This document shows, one piece after another, positions 1-8,805 of a stretch of DNA of 64,000 nucleotides. Position 1 is the stretch's first letter. Each line of letters opens with the position of its first letter. The notes under the pieces are model-generated. The model was not told the DNA's origin. It saw nothing but the letters and a program-made list of their open reading frames with translations, and made no database searches. A program made the translations under genes and the position numbers. This DNA comes from Candidatus Parcubacteria bacterium (lineage in GTDB: Bacteria; Patescibacteriota; Patescibacteriia; Patescibacteriales; UBA12075): contig JAGLYP010000008.1 of NCBI GenBank assembly GCA_023132155.1, forward strand, positions 4,846 through 68,845. Reading direction: 5' to 3'.

Positions 1-1202
1 GTGCCCCTGATTATTAATTCGTCTTTTTTGTTTATTATTTTCGGAATACTGGTGATAATCGGCGCTTTTAAAGGCTCTACCATAAAATCAATACTGGACG
101 AAGCGGCATTTCCGGCTTTATCGTATGCGGCAACTTGCACCTCATGCCTGCCAGGATCAAGCGGCTGCAGCTGATAATAGCCCTTATCCATTTGTCTTGT
201 GCCAATTCTTTCGCCAATACCGTCTATTGAAATCTTATAATAATCCAAACCGGACGCTTTATCTTCGGTTTTGAAGCGTAATTTCGCGGCCGGATTGGTC
301 GGATCGCCGCCGCTATCATAGGCTATATCAAAATCTTTTGGCGGAGTAACATCAACTAAAAATTTACGATGCGCGATTTGGCTCCAACCTGATTTATTTT
401 TATATTTAATATGAAAATACTGCTCGCCGTCCGCAACATCTTCATCAAAAACCGCGTTTTCAATTATGCCGTCTGATTCGGGACCCGGATCGGAATCCGG
501 ACTATCGGTAATTAAAAAACTTACTCCGGTTAAATCCGCCAAAATCTTCCAAGTAAATTCAGGGTTGTTGTTTTGATACCAAATATCTGTTTCCGGATGA
601 GTTTCCGACGAAATATCAGGCAGAGGAGGGAGAAGGCCTTTTGGCGTATCATCCTTTTTTTCCTGTTTCGGCTTTGGCTTCGGTTTTTCCTCCTTTTTCT
701 CCGCCTCAATAATGTTAAATCTGGCATTGCCAAAACCGCTAAAAATATTCGTGCCTTTGCCGTCTGCCGCCAAAACTATTCCTGAAGAAAATTTAACTTC
801 GGTTGTACCGATTTTTTTAGTTGAAAAAGTAATCGTGAAAATCGTACCGTTTGTACCTTTGTACGGCCCGGGAGAACCGCCGCCGAAACTGATTGTGCCG
901 GCTGAATTTGAATAAGTCGGATCAGTAGTCCATAATTTAAAAATTGAACCGGTATCTGATAATTTAGAAACAGTTAAATAAGAATTGTCATATTTAATTG
1001 AACCTTCAGCCGCGTTAATACCAGAGCCTCCGCCGCTATTGACTGCTACCGAAACAGTAAAACTGCGGCCGACATTATAATCGCCGGTACTTGGAGACAA
1101 AAATAAAACCGCTCCTCCCGCCTGTGACAAGCAAGAATCAAACGGTAAAAAACCGGTTAAAAACAATAATAAAAATAAAAAAACGCTAACAATTTTCTTC
1201 AT
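1..1202 (-). CDS. Secreted cohesin-domain surface protein, partial (N-terminus at 1202; C-terminal part lies beyond the window start)
   Basis: Absent from the ORF track because it is open at the edge. My reverse translation from the ATG (1202-1200) gives MKKIVSVFLFLLLFLTGFLPFDSCLSQAGGAVLFLSPSTGDYNVGRSFTVSVAVNSGGGSGINAAEGSIKYDNSYLTVSKL...: a signal peptide, a cohesin-like module, a KPKPKPK linker and an Ig-like region. The frame stays open to position 3. Confidence 0.7.
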   Translation of the reverse strand, partial: MKKIVSVFLFLLLFLTGFLPFDSCLSQAGGAVLFLSPSTGDYNVGRSFTVSVAVNSGGGSGINAAEGSIKYDNSYLTVSKLSDTGSIFKLWTTDPTYSNSAGTISFGGGSPGPYKGTNGTIFTITFSTKKIGTTEVKFSSGIVLAADGKGTNIFSGFGNARFNIIEAEKKEEKPKPKPKQEKKDDTPKGLLPPLPDISSETHPETDIWYQNNNPEFTWKILADLTGVSFLITDSPDSDPGPESDGIIENAVFDEDVADGEQYFHIKYKNKSGWSQIAHRKFLVDVTPPKDFDIAYDSGGDPTNPAAKLRFKTEDKASGLDYYKISIDGIGERIGTRQMDKGYYQLQPLDPGRHEVQVAAYDKAGNAASSSIDFMVEPLKAPIITSIPKIINKKDELIIRG

Positions 1203-1234
1203 AATAAAATGCTATTTAAAAATATGCTTAAAAA

Positions 1235-1687
1235 TTACCCGACATTAACCGCGATTTTTTTCTTTCCGGCTGATTGTAAAAGCAATAAAGGCAAACGCAA
1301 AATTAATAAGCCTCTCTTGAATTTGGCTTCAACATCAGACACATTTATTTCTTGCGGTAAAATAATTTGCCTATAAAACCGCCCCCATTGGCATTCCTGG
1401 CGAAGATATTTTACGTCCGCGTCAGCTTCGTCCGTGTATTCAGACAAATCCGGCTGCTCAATTTTTCCCTGAATAGTAACAACATCGTTTTCGTTTTCAA
1501 TACTAATATCAATATCACTAACTTCCACGCTTGGAATAGTCGCCACAATAATAATATCTTCCGCGGTTTGAAAAATATCCACTTCCAACTGCATAAAACC
1601 GGAATTTTTATCTATAACTCCGTCTTTTATTTCTTCGGTGTCGATTTTTTCTTCCACTTTAACTTTTAATTTATCTAAAAAGCTCAT
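1235..1687 (-). CDS. Small heat-shock protein, Hsp20/alpha-crystallin family
   Basis: 150 aa. The alpha-crystallin-like core reads DIFQTAEDIIIVATIPSVEVSDIDISIENENDVVTIQGK...WGRFYRQIILPQEINVSDVEAKFKRGLLILRLP. Confidence 0.8.
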   Translation of the reverse strand: MSFLDKLKVKVEEKIDTEEIKDGVIDKNSGFMQLEVDIFQTAEDIIIVATIPSVEVSDIDISIENENDVVTIQGKIEQPDLSEYTDEADADVKYLRQECQWGRFYRQIILPQEINVSDVEAKFKRGLLILRLPLLLLQSAGKKKIAVNVG

Positions 1688-1913
1688 ACTTAAAAATTTA
1701 TGATTTATGGTTTTAGATTTATGATTTTTGGATTATAAATATTATACCATATTTTCTAAAATTTACAAAATATGTACTGTCAAGTGTTTCTTAATCCCCA
1801 AAAACCAAAAAGCGGAACCGTAAACGGATCTGCTTTTTTATTTTTTGAAAAATTTCAAAATCACTTGTGCTCGCTTGACGGGTGAAAATCTAAAATCATA
1901 AATCTAATATTTC

Positions 1914-3791
1914 TTAACCTGTCCAATAAAAAAGCATAATGCTAAAATCAGTCAAATTAACAGTGCCGTCATGGTTTTGGTCGGCGCATTCATCGTCCGT
2001 GCCCCAATGATATAATAAAATTGAAAAATCGGTTAAATTAACGCGTCCGTCGTGGTTTAAATCAGCGCCTTCGCAAATACCGGACGGCTCAATTTGGGCG
2101 GCGCCGATATTAGTTTTTAATATCGCGCTAAAATCACTTGTGCCGGCGTCAATAATCGTCGTACGGGCCTTTACAAGATATGGCCCGTCAGTTAAATTAT
2201 CCGTATTTAAAAACAAAGACCATTCTCCGCTCGCGCTTACCAAACCGTCTTTTTTTGTGATTTCAGAATCTAGGACATCACCGCTTTTTTCAGGATACAG
2301 CCAAACCTCAACCGTACTGCCCGGAACAGTTTGCCCAAAAGCCTCAATAATTTGTCCCGCGATAACGCTTGATTTTGTTAAAGCAATCGTCGGCGCCAAA
2401 ATAATATCAGAGATTGTTGTCTGTGTTCCGGCTTCCATCCAAAATGTAGTTGAAAAAGTATTTGATTTTCTTCCCGCCGTGTCCGCGGCCCAAAGCCCGA
2501 AAGTATATATTCCACGATTTAAAACTTCTAAATAAGCGCCAAAATCAGCTTGCGTTCCGGTTAAAGATTTTCCAACCTCAATGCCGTCTTTAAGCACTAC
2601 AACCTCTGTTCCCGGATAAGCCCAGCCGGTAAACACGACTCCGGGCGCGCCCGGAGGAGGAGGATACGGCAAATAATTACCTGCTCCTCGGCCGATTCCG
2701 CCTCCGCCGCCTCCGCCGGAGCCAGAACCGCTGCCGCCGCCGGAACTCGAACCATCGCCATCTTGATCCGAATCATCTCCGCCGGTTCCCGAATCATCGC
2801 CTCCGCCCTCGCCTTCTTTAGATGAAATTTGAAATGGAATATAATAATCAACGCAGTCCAATTGTAAAATAGGCGTTCCTGACGCAGTCGCGAAAGGAGT
2901 CGTGCTGACATTTGAATATACGCATTCATGAACATTATTGCTAAGCCCCTCATCGTTAATACAGCGCACATAATATTCATAACTTCCTCCATTTACCAAG
3001 CCTTCAATAATTTTTGTATGATGAAGATAATACGCGGTTGAACTGGCATAAGAAAAATCATTTGTAATGTCAGCAAAAAGCGTTCCTGAAGCAGTTGAAT
3101 AACGGCAGCGCGCCGGGTAATTGGTTTGTAAAGACATAATAGTCTGCGCGGTACCAAAATTCAACCAGCCTATCGGTGAAGCGCCTAAATACCTTTTTCT
3201 GGATAAAACGCTGAAATTGACCGGTTCAACTGTTACCATCATAATTTGCGCTCTCTCAATATAAGTATCAGCGGAATTATATGTCCTGATTATAATACGA
3301 TATGAATCAAGAGCCGCGGGATTAATTATCCGTTCTTGCCCGGCCTCGCCATACTCGGCATTTGTTCCCAATTCTATTTTTACATATTTACCGGCGTTAA
3401 TGCAGCTCGCGCTATTTAAATTAATGCTAATAATTTTCTCGGTAGCCGTGGCAATGCCAACGCCGTCAAAAGAAACGGATGAAGAAGACGCAAGCGCGCG
3501 ATCCGCAAACGGTCCGCCGGAAAAATCAGATATAGAAAAATCAACATCAGAATAATCAAAACCTGATGGAAAAATAAAATTATTATCAAATTCAATAATA
3601 ATTTTTCCACTAAGTGGGATATTTTCCGTAGTACGAAATTGCATTGTATGATTTGAAGCAACTCCCGGCCAAGAAGTTGAAATTCTGTCGCTTGCGAGAT
3701 ACAAAGCTTCTGATGAATCTACGAATAAGAAAAAATTAATTATTATAAATAATAATAATATTAAGCTAATTTTTACAGTTCTAATTAGCAT
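1914..3791 (-). CDS. Secreted protein with Gly-rich linker and C-terminal dockerin-type repeats
   Basis: 625 aa with an N-terminal signal/TM (MLIRTVKISLILLLFIIINFF) and a GGGDDSGTGGDDSDQDGDGSSSGGGSGSGSGGGGGGG linker. The C-terminal duplicated segments DLNHDGRVNLTDFSILLYHWG and DQNHDGTVNLTDFSIMLFYW match the dockerin type I pattern. Confidence 0.7.
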   Translation of the reverse strand: MLIRTVKISLILLLFIIINFFLFVDSSEALYLASDRISTSWPGVASNHTMQFRTTENIPLSGKIIIEFDNNFIFPSGFDYSDVDFSISDFSGGPFADRALASSSSVSFDGVGIATATEKIISINLNSASCINAGKYVKIELGTNAEYGEAGQERIINPAALDSYRIIIRTYNSADTYIERAQIMMVTVEPVNFSVLSRKRYLGASPIGWLNFGTAQTIMSLQTNYPARCRYSTASGTLFADITNDFSYASSTAYYLHHTKIIEGLVNGGSYEYYVRCINDEGLSNNVHECVYSNVSTTPFATASGTPILQLDCVDYYIPFQISSKEGEGGGDDSGTGGDDSDQDGDGSSSGGGSGSGSGGGGGGGIGRGAGNYLPYPPPPGAPGVVFTGWAYPGTEVVVLKDGIEVGKSLTGTQADFGAYLEVLNRGIYTFGLWAADTAGRKSNTFSTTFWMEAGTQTTISDIILAPTIALTKSSVIAGQIIEAFGQTVPGSTVEVWLYPEKSGDVLDSEITKKDGLVSASGEWSLFLNTDNLTDGPYLVKARTTIIDAGTSDFSAILKTNIGAAQIEPSGICEGADLNHDGRVNLTDFSILLYHWGTDDECADQNHDGTVNLTDFSIMLFYWTG

Positions 3792-3824
3792 AAAACAATT
3801 AATTTAACAATGTGGTATAAAAAA

Positions 3825-4226
3825 TTATTTTAAATTATTGCTTGCCTTAATTCTTTTTCTTTTCCAGTCCAAATAATAATTCAAAATAATAAGTATAAAT
3901 AAAACCATAATTCCGCCCGCCATCAGCCAAAACAATAATGTTTGATCTTCTGTTTTATTATGTTTATCTAGGCTTTTCTCTCTTTCATTAAGTTCTTTTT
4001 CTTTTTGATTTAAACGATCCTCCTTCTCACTAAGCTGAAAGGCTAATCTGCTAAAAGGATTTTCCGCCACGCTGGTGGACATGCCAACAGCGGAACCAAT
4101 CTTAGCGCCTAAAAAAACACCGACATCAATCGGATTAAGCCCTGCCACGACGAAAAAACCGATAATAATGATTGCCAAAAAATAAACCCTCAACTTATGG
4201 ATGAATGAAACTGTTTTGTGAAACAT
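3825..4226 (-). CDS. Small membrane protein with central coiled-coil segment, unknown function
   Basis: 133 aa with hydrophobic helices at both ends (YFLAIIIIGFFVVAGL; LLFWLMAGGIMVLFILIIL) and a charged EKEDRLNQKEKELNEREKSL core. Confidence 0.5.
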   Translation of the reverse strand: MFHKTVSFIHKLRVYFLAIIIIGFFVVAGLNPIDVGVFLGAKIGSAVGMSTSVAENPFSRLAFQLSEKEDRLNQKEKELNEREKSLDKHNKTEDQTLLFWLMAGGIMVLFILIILNYYLDWKRKRIKASNNLK

Positions 4227-4313
4227 AGAATTTAGTATAAAGTTAAAAGTTAAAAAGTAGAAAGTTAAAAAAAATTATTATAACTTTATACTTTATAACT
4301 TTCTACTTTCTAA

Positions 4314-5165
4314 CTATTTGACGCATCTAAACCCGACGCCGGTGCCGGCAAATGACGGTTCGGAAACTACATATAATGAATACTGTCCGGCGTCAGTTTT
4401 ATTATTCCAATATCCGCCGCGCGCCATACCGCGCACACCCTTGTTTTTTATCCAAAAATAATCATAATAATAATTTTCATTTCCTTTGTTTAAATTAGTC
4501 GCGCTGGGCAGGGCTTCTGAGTCAACTCCTTCAATATAGCCTGATTCAGGTAAAATCTTATCTTCGTAAACGCCGTCATGCGCGGTGCCGTCAACCCATT
4601 CCCAAACATTACCGATCATGTCATAGGCGCCGTATGCTGACACGCATTTACCGCCCGATCCGCCCGGTCCCGGCTCAGAACCCCAATTGTTCGCTACATT
4701 ACAATTCTCTTGGCTCCAGCCTTTTTCAATATCGGGCGTGCCTAAAGCGGCCGCCAGCCATTCTTCATTAGTCGGCAGGCGCTTGCCGGCTTTCGCGCAG
4801 GCAATTGCCGCCTGATTCTGCGATATAAAACGCCACGGCAAATTATTCAACCCCGATTTCGGCTTACAATCAGCGTAATCTAAATTTAAACGTGATTCTT
4901 TTTGGTTTACGGGATTTACGTAAGGACAGCCATCGCCGGGAGCAGCTTCATATTTATCAATACAGAATCCACCGCTAGCGGAATTAATAAAAACCATTCC
5001 AACGGGACATTGGCCGTCATCAAGCGCTAACTCTTCTTTCTCTGATCCTAAAAAATTATCGCTTGCCTTAATGCCGACAGTTGTCAAAACCACAGCTAAA
5101 ACAATAACAATTATTTCCCGCTTGCCAACAAACCTTCTTTTTTTTAAATTTATAATTTTTCTCAT
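4314..5165 (-). CDS. Formylglycine-generating enzyme (SUMF1/FGE-sulfatase) family protein, membrane anchored
   Basis: 283 aa with an N-terminal TM. Family-typical motifs are LPTNEEWLAAALG, GNVWEWVDG, RGGYWNN and GFRCVK at the C-terminus. Confidence 0.75.
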   Translation of the reverse strand: MRKIINLKKRRFVGKREIIVIVLAVVLTTVGIKASDNFLGSEKEELALDDGQCPVGMVFINSASGGFCIDKYEAAPGDGCPYVNPVNQKESRLNLDYADCKPKSGLNNLPWRFISQNQAAIACAKAGKRLPTNEEWLAAALGTPDIEKGWSQENCNVANNWGSEPGPGGSGGKCVSAYGAYDMIGNVWEWVDGTAHDGVYEDKILPESGYIEGVDSEALPSATNLNKGNENYYYDYFWIKNKGVRGMARGGYWNNKTDAGQYSLYVVSEPSFAGTGVGFRCVK

Positions 5166-6295
5166 GATTTTTTCAAATCAATTACATCATTTTTGTCTTG
5201 AATATTTTTTGGTGTTATTCTTTTTTTTCTCACCTTTTTTTGCTGCGCACCGACTACAGTCTTTTCTGGACGGACTAATTTTGAATTAACATGTTGTGTG
5301 TTGTGTGTTGTGTGTTGTGTGTCAAGAGCTATGCGCTGCGTGTTACGTATTGCCCTTCTAATATAAGAACGAATAACTATCATGGTTAAAAATATAATAA
5401 ACAATATCGCGCTTAAAAAAATCACCAAAGGCTTAATAAAAACCACCCAAAAATATATTGTTTGATCTATGGTCCGTTTTTCATTTTGACCGTAAGTCAA
5501 AATTAATTCCGCACGATAACGCCCCATATCCAACAAGCTTTTACCGCTTTCCCATTCAAAATTCCACTTGCGGATGCTTTTTGGCAAAACATTGCCAAAA
5601 TCAGTATCATGATTAATTAATATCTTATCTTTAAGCTCGTCAAATTGATTATAAATTTTAATATCTCCTCTTGGCTGCAAATGGATGTTGCCCAAATTTT
5701 CAAAACGCACGATAAAATTAATTTTTTCATCCTGATAAAATTTTTTATCAGAGCTAAACTCCCTGATAATACCTCTCTCTAGAACATCGCCTTTAACATT
5801 TAATAAAATCAAAGACGCCAAAAGAGAAGAAATTTTTATTGAAGAACCGCTTATATCATCAAACGGAGGAGCGGTGCCTGCCAAAATAGCCGCGTAATGC
5901 CCGCCAGGAGAAGCGTCTTCAGGCACATCAATTATAAACGGTATTTCCTTGCTTCCAAAGGGAGCAATTTTAATCTCTTCACTGTCAAGCACTATCCATT
6001 GGCTGAAAAAGGGCGAGCTTCCATCAATATTTTTTTCCTTTGCTTGCGAAAATTCCACCTCTCCTGACTCTTTTCCGCCTTTAAAATCCAAAGCTTGCGC
6101 GTAAATACTGATTTCTTCCGGATTATTATTAATAATCTTGATTGAACTTTTCCAAATTTCCCCCGGACTCATGCTATTTTTTATCAAAGGCGGCGTTATG
6201 GAAAAAGCTATCGCCCCGCTGCTTTGCGCGTTAACTAAACAAGCAAAAAAATTACTGAAAACAAATATTAAAATAAACAAATAAAATTTTTTCAT
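5162..6295 (-). CDS. Surface protein paralog 1 (signal peptide, two beta-rich modules, C-terminal TM, basic tail); possible CscA/DUF916-DUF3324-like
   Basis: 377 aa. Paralogous to 6292..7263 and 7368..8486 through shared blocks PGGHYAAILAG/PGGYFGAIILG, LLNVKGD/LLRVKGD, ENLGNIHLQPRGDIKIYN/ENAGNVHIKPHGAISIKN and LPKSIR/LPRSIR. The 4-nt overlap with the downstream gene suggests an operon. Confidence 0.6.
   Translation of the reverse strand: MKKFYLFILIFVFSNFFACLVNAQSSGAIAFSITPPLIKNSMSPGEIWKSSIKIINNNPEEISIYAQALDFKGGKESGEVEFSQAKEKNIDGSSPFFSQWIVLDSEEIKIAPFGSKEIPFIIDVPEDASPGGHYAAILAGTAPPFDDISGSSIKISSLLASLILLNVKGDVLERGIIREFSSDKKFYQDEKINFIVRFENLGNIHLQPRGDIKIYNQFDELKDKILINHDTDFGNVLPKSIRKWNFEWESGKSLLDMGRYRAELILTYGQNEKRTIDQTIYFWVVFIKPLVIFLSAILFIIFLTMIVIRSYIRRAIRNTQRIALDTQHTTHNTQHVNSKLVRPEKTVVGAQQKKVRKKRITPKNIQDKNDVIDLKKS
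5293..5320. repeat. Heptanucleotide tandem repeat (GTTGTGT)x4, = (ACACAAC)x4 on the coding strand, inside the cytoplasmic tail codons of 5162..6295
   Basis: Direct reading gives gttgtgt gttgtgt gttgtgt gttgtgt gtc, which encodes DTQHTTHNTQH. The unit length is not a multiple of 3. Confidence 0.85.
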
Positions 6296-7263
6296 AATTT
6301 ATTCTTTAAATCCAAAACCCCGTCTTCTTGAACTTGTTTATGCTTGGACGCGTGATGGCGCGCGCGATATGTTTTTTTAAATAAATATATTATTAAAAAC
6401 ACTGTCGCCAAAAACAAACCGCCGATAGAAAATAAAAGAAACGGTATCGGCAAAATCCAAAAATAAATCGTATCTTGCAAATCGCGCCGATATTTTTCTC
6501 CATACTCTAATTCTAATTTAGCTTTGAATTTACCAATGCCTTTTTTGGCGTTCCAATCCAAATATATCTTTTTTTGCCCGCCCGCTTCAATGCTTTCACC
6601 AGCATCATTAAATTTTAAACTGTCCAAATACTGCTCCCGGCGATTATAAATAAGCACTTGACCCTCTGGCTTGAACGAAACATTACCGATATTCTTTAAT
6701 TCAACTGAAAATTTTATCGGCCAGACAAAATGTGTTTTTGCCAAAGCGCTAAAATTAATTAACTGGGCCTTTTCAACGGTTTCATCTTCAATTTCCACAT
6801 TAATCATTATTTGCGGGACATTTTCCTTGTCTATTTTCGCTTCAGCTAAGGGACGATTTGAAGCGTTGGGAAAAGAAACAACCGCGTAGCGCTTACCGGG
6901 CACAGCTGATTGGTTAATCTCCACTGAAAAAGGAACTTCCGTCTCTTCGCCGGGCATAATTTGAATCGCGGCGCGCTTGATTCTAATCCAGCGCGCCAAA
7001 GAAAGGCTTTTATCAAGTTTGGAAGGATCAAGAAACTCCTGTTTGCCATCGCTCATTGACAAATCGTTAACTACCGGATAAATATCCATCTTATAGCCGG
7101 TATTATTTTTTAGCTTGATTGTTCTTTCAATTTTTTCCGAAGCCTTAGCCTTTTCATCAATAATTCGCGGACTAATCTCCAATTCGTTCACGGCGCGGAC
7201 TTGCTTAAAATCTACCGCAAAAAATATCAAAAAAACAAATAATATAATTAATAATTTACGCAT
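6292..7263 (-). CDS. Surface protein paralog 2 (signal peptide, beta-rich modules, C-terminal TM)
   Basis: The ORF-track start at 7314 lies inside a long hairpin repeat. I prefer the ATG at 7263, giving MRKLLIILFVFLIFFAVDFKQVRA, a good signal peptide. It shares KNIGNVSFKPEGQVLIYN and YFWILP blocks with its neighbours. Confidence 0.6.
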   Translation of the reverse strand: MRKLLIILFVFLIFFAVDFKQVRAVNELEISPRIIDEKAKASEKIERTIKLKNNTGYKMDIYPVVNDLSMSDGKQEFLDPSKLDKSLSLARWIRIKRAAIQIMPGEETEVPFSVEINQSAVPGKRYAVVSFPNASNRPLAEAKIDKENVPQIMINVEIEDETVEKAQLINFSALAKTHFVWPIKFSVELKNIGNVSFKPEGQVLIYNRREQYLDSLKFNDAGESIEAGGQKKIYLDWNAKKGIGKFKAKLELEYGEKYRRDLQDTIYFWILPIPFLLFSIGGLFLATVFLIIYLFKKTYRARHHASKHKQVQEDGVLDLKNKL

Positions 7264-7273
7264 AAAATATAAT

Positions 7274-7365
7274 AATGCTAATCTGCGAATAAATGCTAAT
7301 CTGCGAATTGCCAATATTAATTATTCGCAATTCGCAGATTAGCATTTATTCGCTAGATTTGCATT
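7274..7365. repeat. Long intergenic inverted repeat/hairpin between paralog genes
   Basis: Arm gcgaataaatgctaatctgcgaattg (7285-7310) is the perfect reverse complement of caattcgcagattagcatttattcgc (7328-7353), with a 17-nt loop. An additional direct copy of aatgctaatctgcgaat lies upstream. Confidence 0.85.
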
Positions 7366-7367
7366 AT

Positions 7368-8486
7368 CTACGAAAAGAATAAAAAATAAAAAACCGTAAG
7401 CATAAAAAACATTATCACAAAAACAATAATCAATATCACTCCCAAATGCAAAGCAGGAAAGGTCCCTTGCGCGCGATCTTGTTGAGTATAGCCGGCTTGA
7501 TTAATTCCCGCTCTTTGCATTGCCTTTTTAACCGCCTTATTTTTATATAATTTTATTAATAAAATAAATATTCCGCTAATAAATAATAAAGTTAAAAACA
7601 CCGGAATAATTATTCGCCAAGGAATAATCCAAAAGGTTTTAACTGCCACTAAACTGCTCTTGCCTTGTCCGCCTTTATCCGCGGATACGCCATAAGTAAT
7701 GCCGAGCGTGGCTGTATATTTTCCAAAAGCTCCGGTTCCCTCCCATGTATTTTCATTAAAGCGGCGAATTGAACGCGGTAAAATATTACCGCCCTTTTCA
7801 TTGACTTTCAAAACCCGCACCTCCTTGCCAAACATATTTTTAATTGATATGGCGCCATGCGGCTTAATATGGACATTGCCGGCATTTTCAATACGAATTA
7901 AAAAATCAACCAAAAAAGGCGTACTGTAAAAATCCTTATCAGTATTAAACTCTCTAATATGCGCATCCTCCAAAACATCGCCTTTAACTCTAAGCAAAAG
8001 CAAAGACGCGGTTTGCTGGGCAATTGCCATACCCGCGCCCTTTTCCTCGTTTTGCTGCTGGATACGCGGCGGTTCAGTGCCCAAAATTATCGCGCCGAAA
8101 TATCCGCCCGGTCCGATGTCTTCCGGAACATTAACCGTAAACGGAACCGCTTCTTCCTGTCCGGGCGCCAGCTCAATTCCCTCGCGACTGACATCAATCC
8201 ATGATGCTAAATAATAGCCCTCTTCTGTTCCGGGGATAACAAGTTTTGCCATTCCGCTTTCGCCCTCAGACTTAAAATCGCGTAAGTAAACATAAAAAGT
8301 TCTTTTCTCATTAGCTTCGTTGGTAACTTTAATTTGAGATTTAAAAATTTCGCCAGGCTCAACCATTTCTTCAATTTTAACCGGACTGATTTTAATGCCC
8401 GTGGATGATTGGGCTTGCGCGATATTCGCAACAACGAAAATAAATAAAAATATTACTAAAAAAAATATCAGTTTTCTGTATTTCAT
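7368..8486 (-). CDS. Surface protein paralog 3 (signal peptide, beta-rich modules, TM segments at C-terminus)
   Basis: 372 aa with signal peptide MKYRKLIFFLVIFLFIFVVANIAQA. It shares the same conserved blocks as 5162..6295. Confidence 0.6.
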   Translation of the reverse strand: MKYRKLIFFLVIFLFIFVVANIAQAQSSTGIKISPVKIEEMVEPGEIFKSQIKVTNEANEKRTFYVYLRDFKSEGESGMAKLVIPGTEEGYYLASWIDVSREGIELAPGQEEAVPFTVNVPEDIGPGGYFGAIILGTEPPRIQQQNEEKGAGMAIAQQTASLLLLRVKGDVLEDAHIREFNTDKDFYSTPFLVDFLIRIENAGNVHIKPHGAISIKNMFGKEVRVLKVNEKGGNILPRSIRRFNENTWEGTGAFGKYTATLGITYGVSADKGGQGKSSLVAVKTFWIIPWRIIIPVFLTLLFISGIFILLIKLYKNKAVKKAMQRAGINQAGYTQQDRAQGTFPALHLGVILIIVFVIMFFMLTVFYFLFFS

Positions 8487-8637
8487 TATTTTTTCATTAA
8501 ATTCAAAAATTCAATGTCTTAAGAAGGCATTGAAAAAATATCAAAAAATCTTTGTATTTTTTGATAAATTTATTGTTTTTATACTTTTATTTTAACATTT
8601 TTATAATATATTTACAAATATTCTCTTGACATAGCAT

Positions 8638-8723
8638 AGAAACTAAGTACCTACGATTTTTTTTGTTAGTTTTGGGTTTTAAAACCCAAAACTAACAAAA
8701 AAAATCGTAGGTACTTAGTTTCT
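8638..8723. repeat. Perfect 86-bp palindrome (43-bp arms, no loop); MITE-like or operator-like element
   Basis: agaaactaagtacctacgattttttttgttagttttgggtttt (8638-8680) is followed directly by its exact reverse complement (8681-8723). The outer ~25 bp recur as the termini of the element at 31570..31690. Confidence 0.9.
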
Positions 8724-8739
8724 TTTTTTAATTTTATCT

Positions 8740-8778
8740 AAAAAAATATCTCCCCTATAACAAAAACAAGGGAGATAT
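8740..8778 (-). terminator. Rho-independent terminator of 8806..9825
   Basis: Stem atatctccc (8746-8754) pairs with gggagatat (8770-8778) and is followed on the minus strand by a T-run (A-run 8740-8746 on plus). Confidence 0.6.
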
Positions 8779-8805
8779 TTTGTATATCTGTTTAACAGAA
8801 ATTAT

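Noticed and set aside
530-915. Three 67-70-aa ORFs from the track.
   Set aside because: They are embedded in the partial cohesin-protein gene, which reads through the whole region on the minus strand.
7264-7314. N-terminal extension MAIRRLAFIRRLALLYF of ORF 6292..7314.
   Set aside because: These codons lie within the long hairpin/direct repeat (aatgctaatctgcgaat x2). A proper signal peptide starts at the ATG at 7263.
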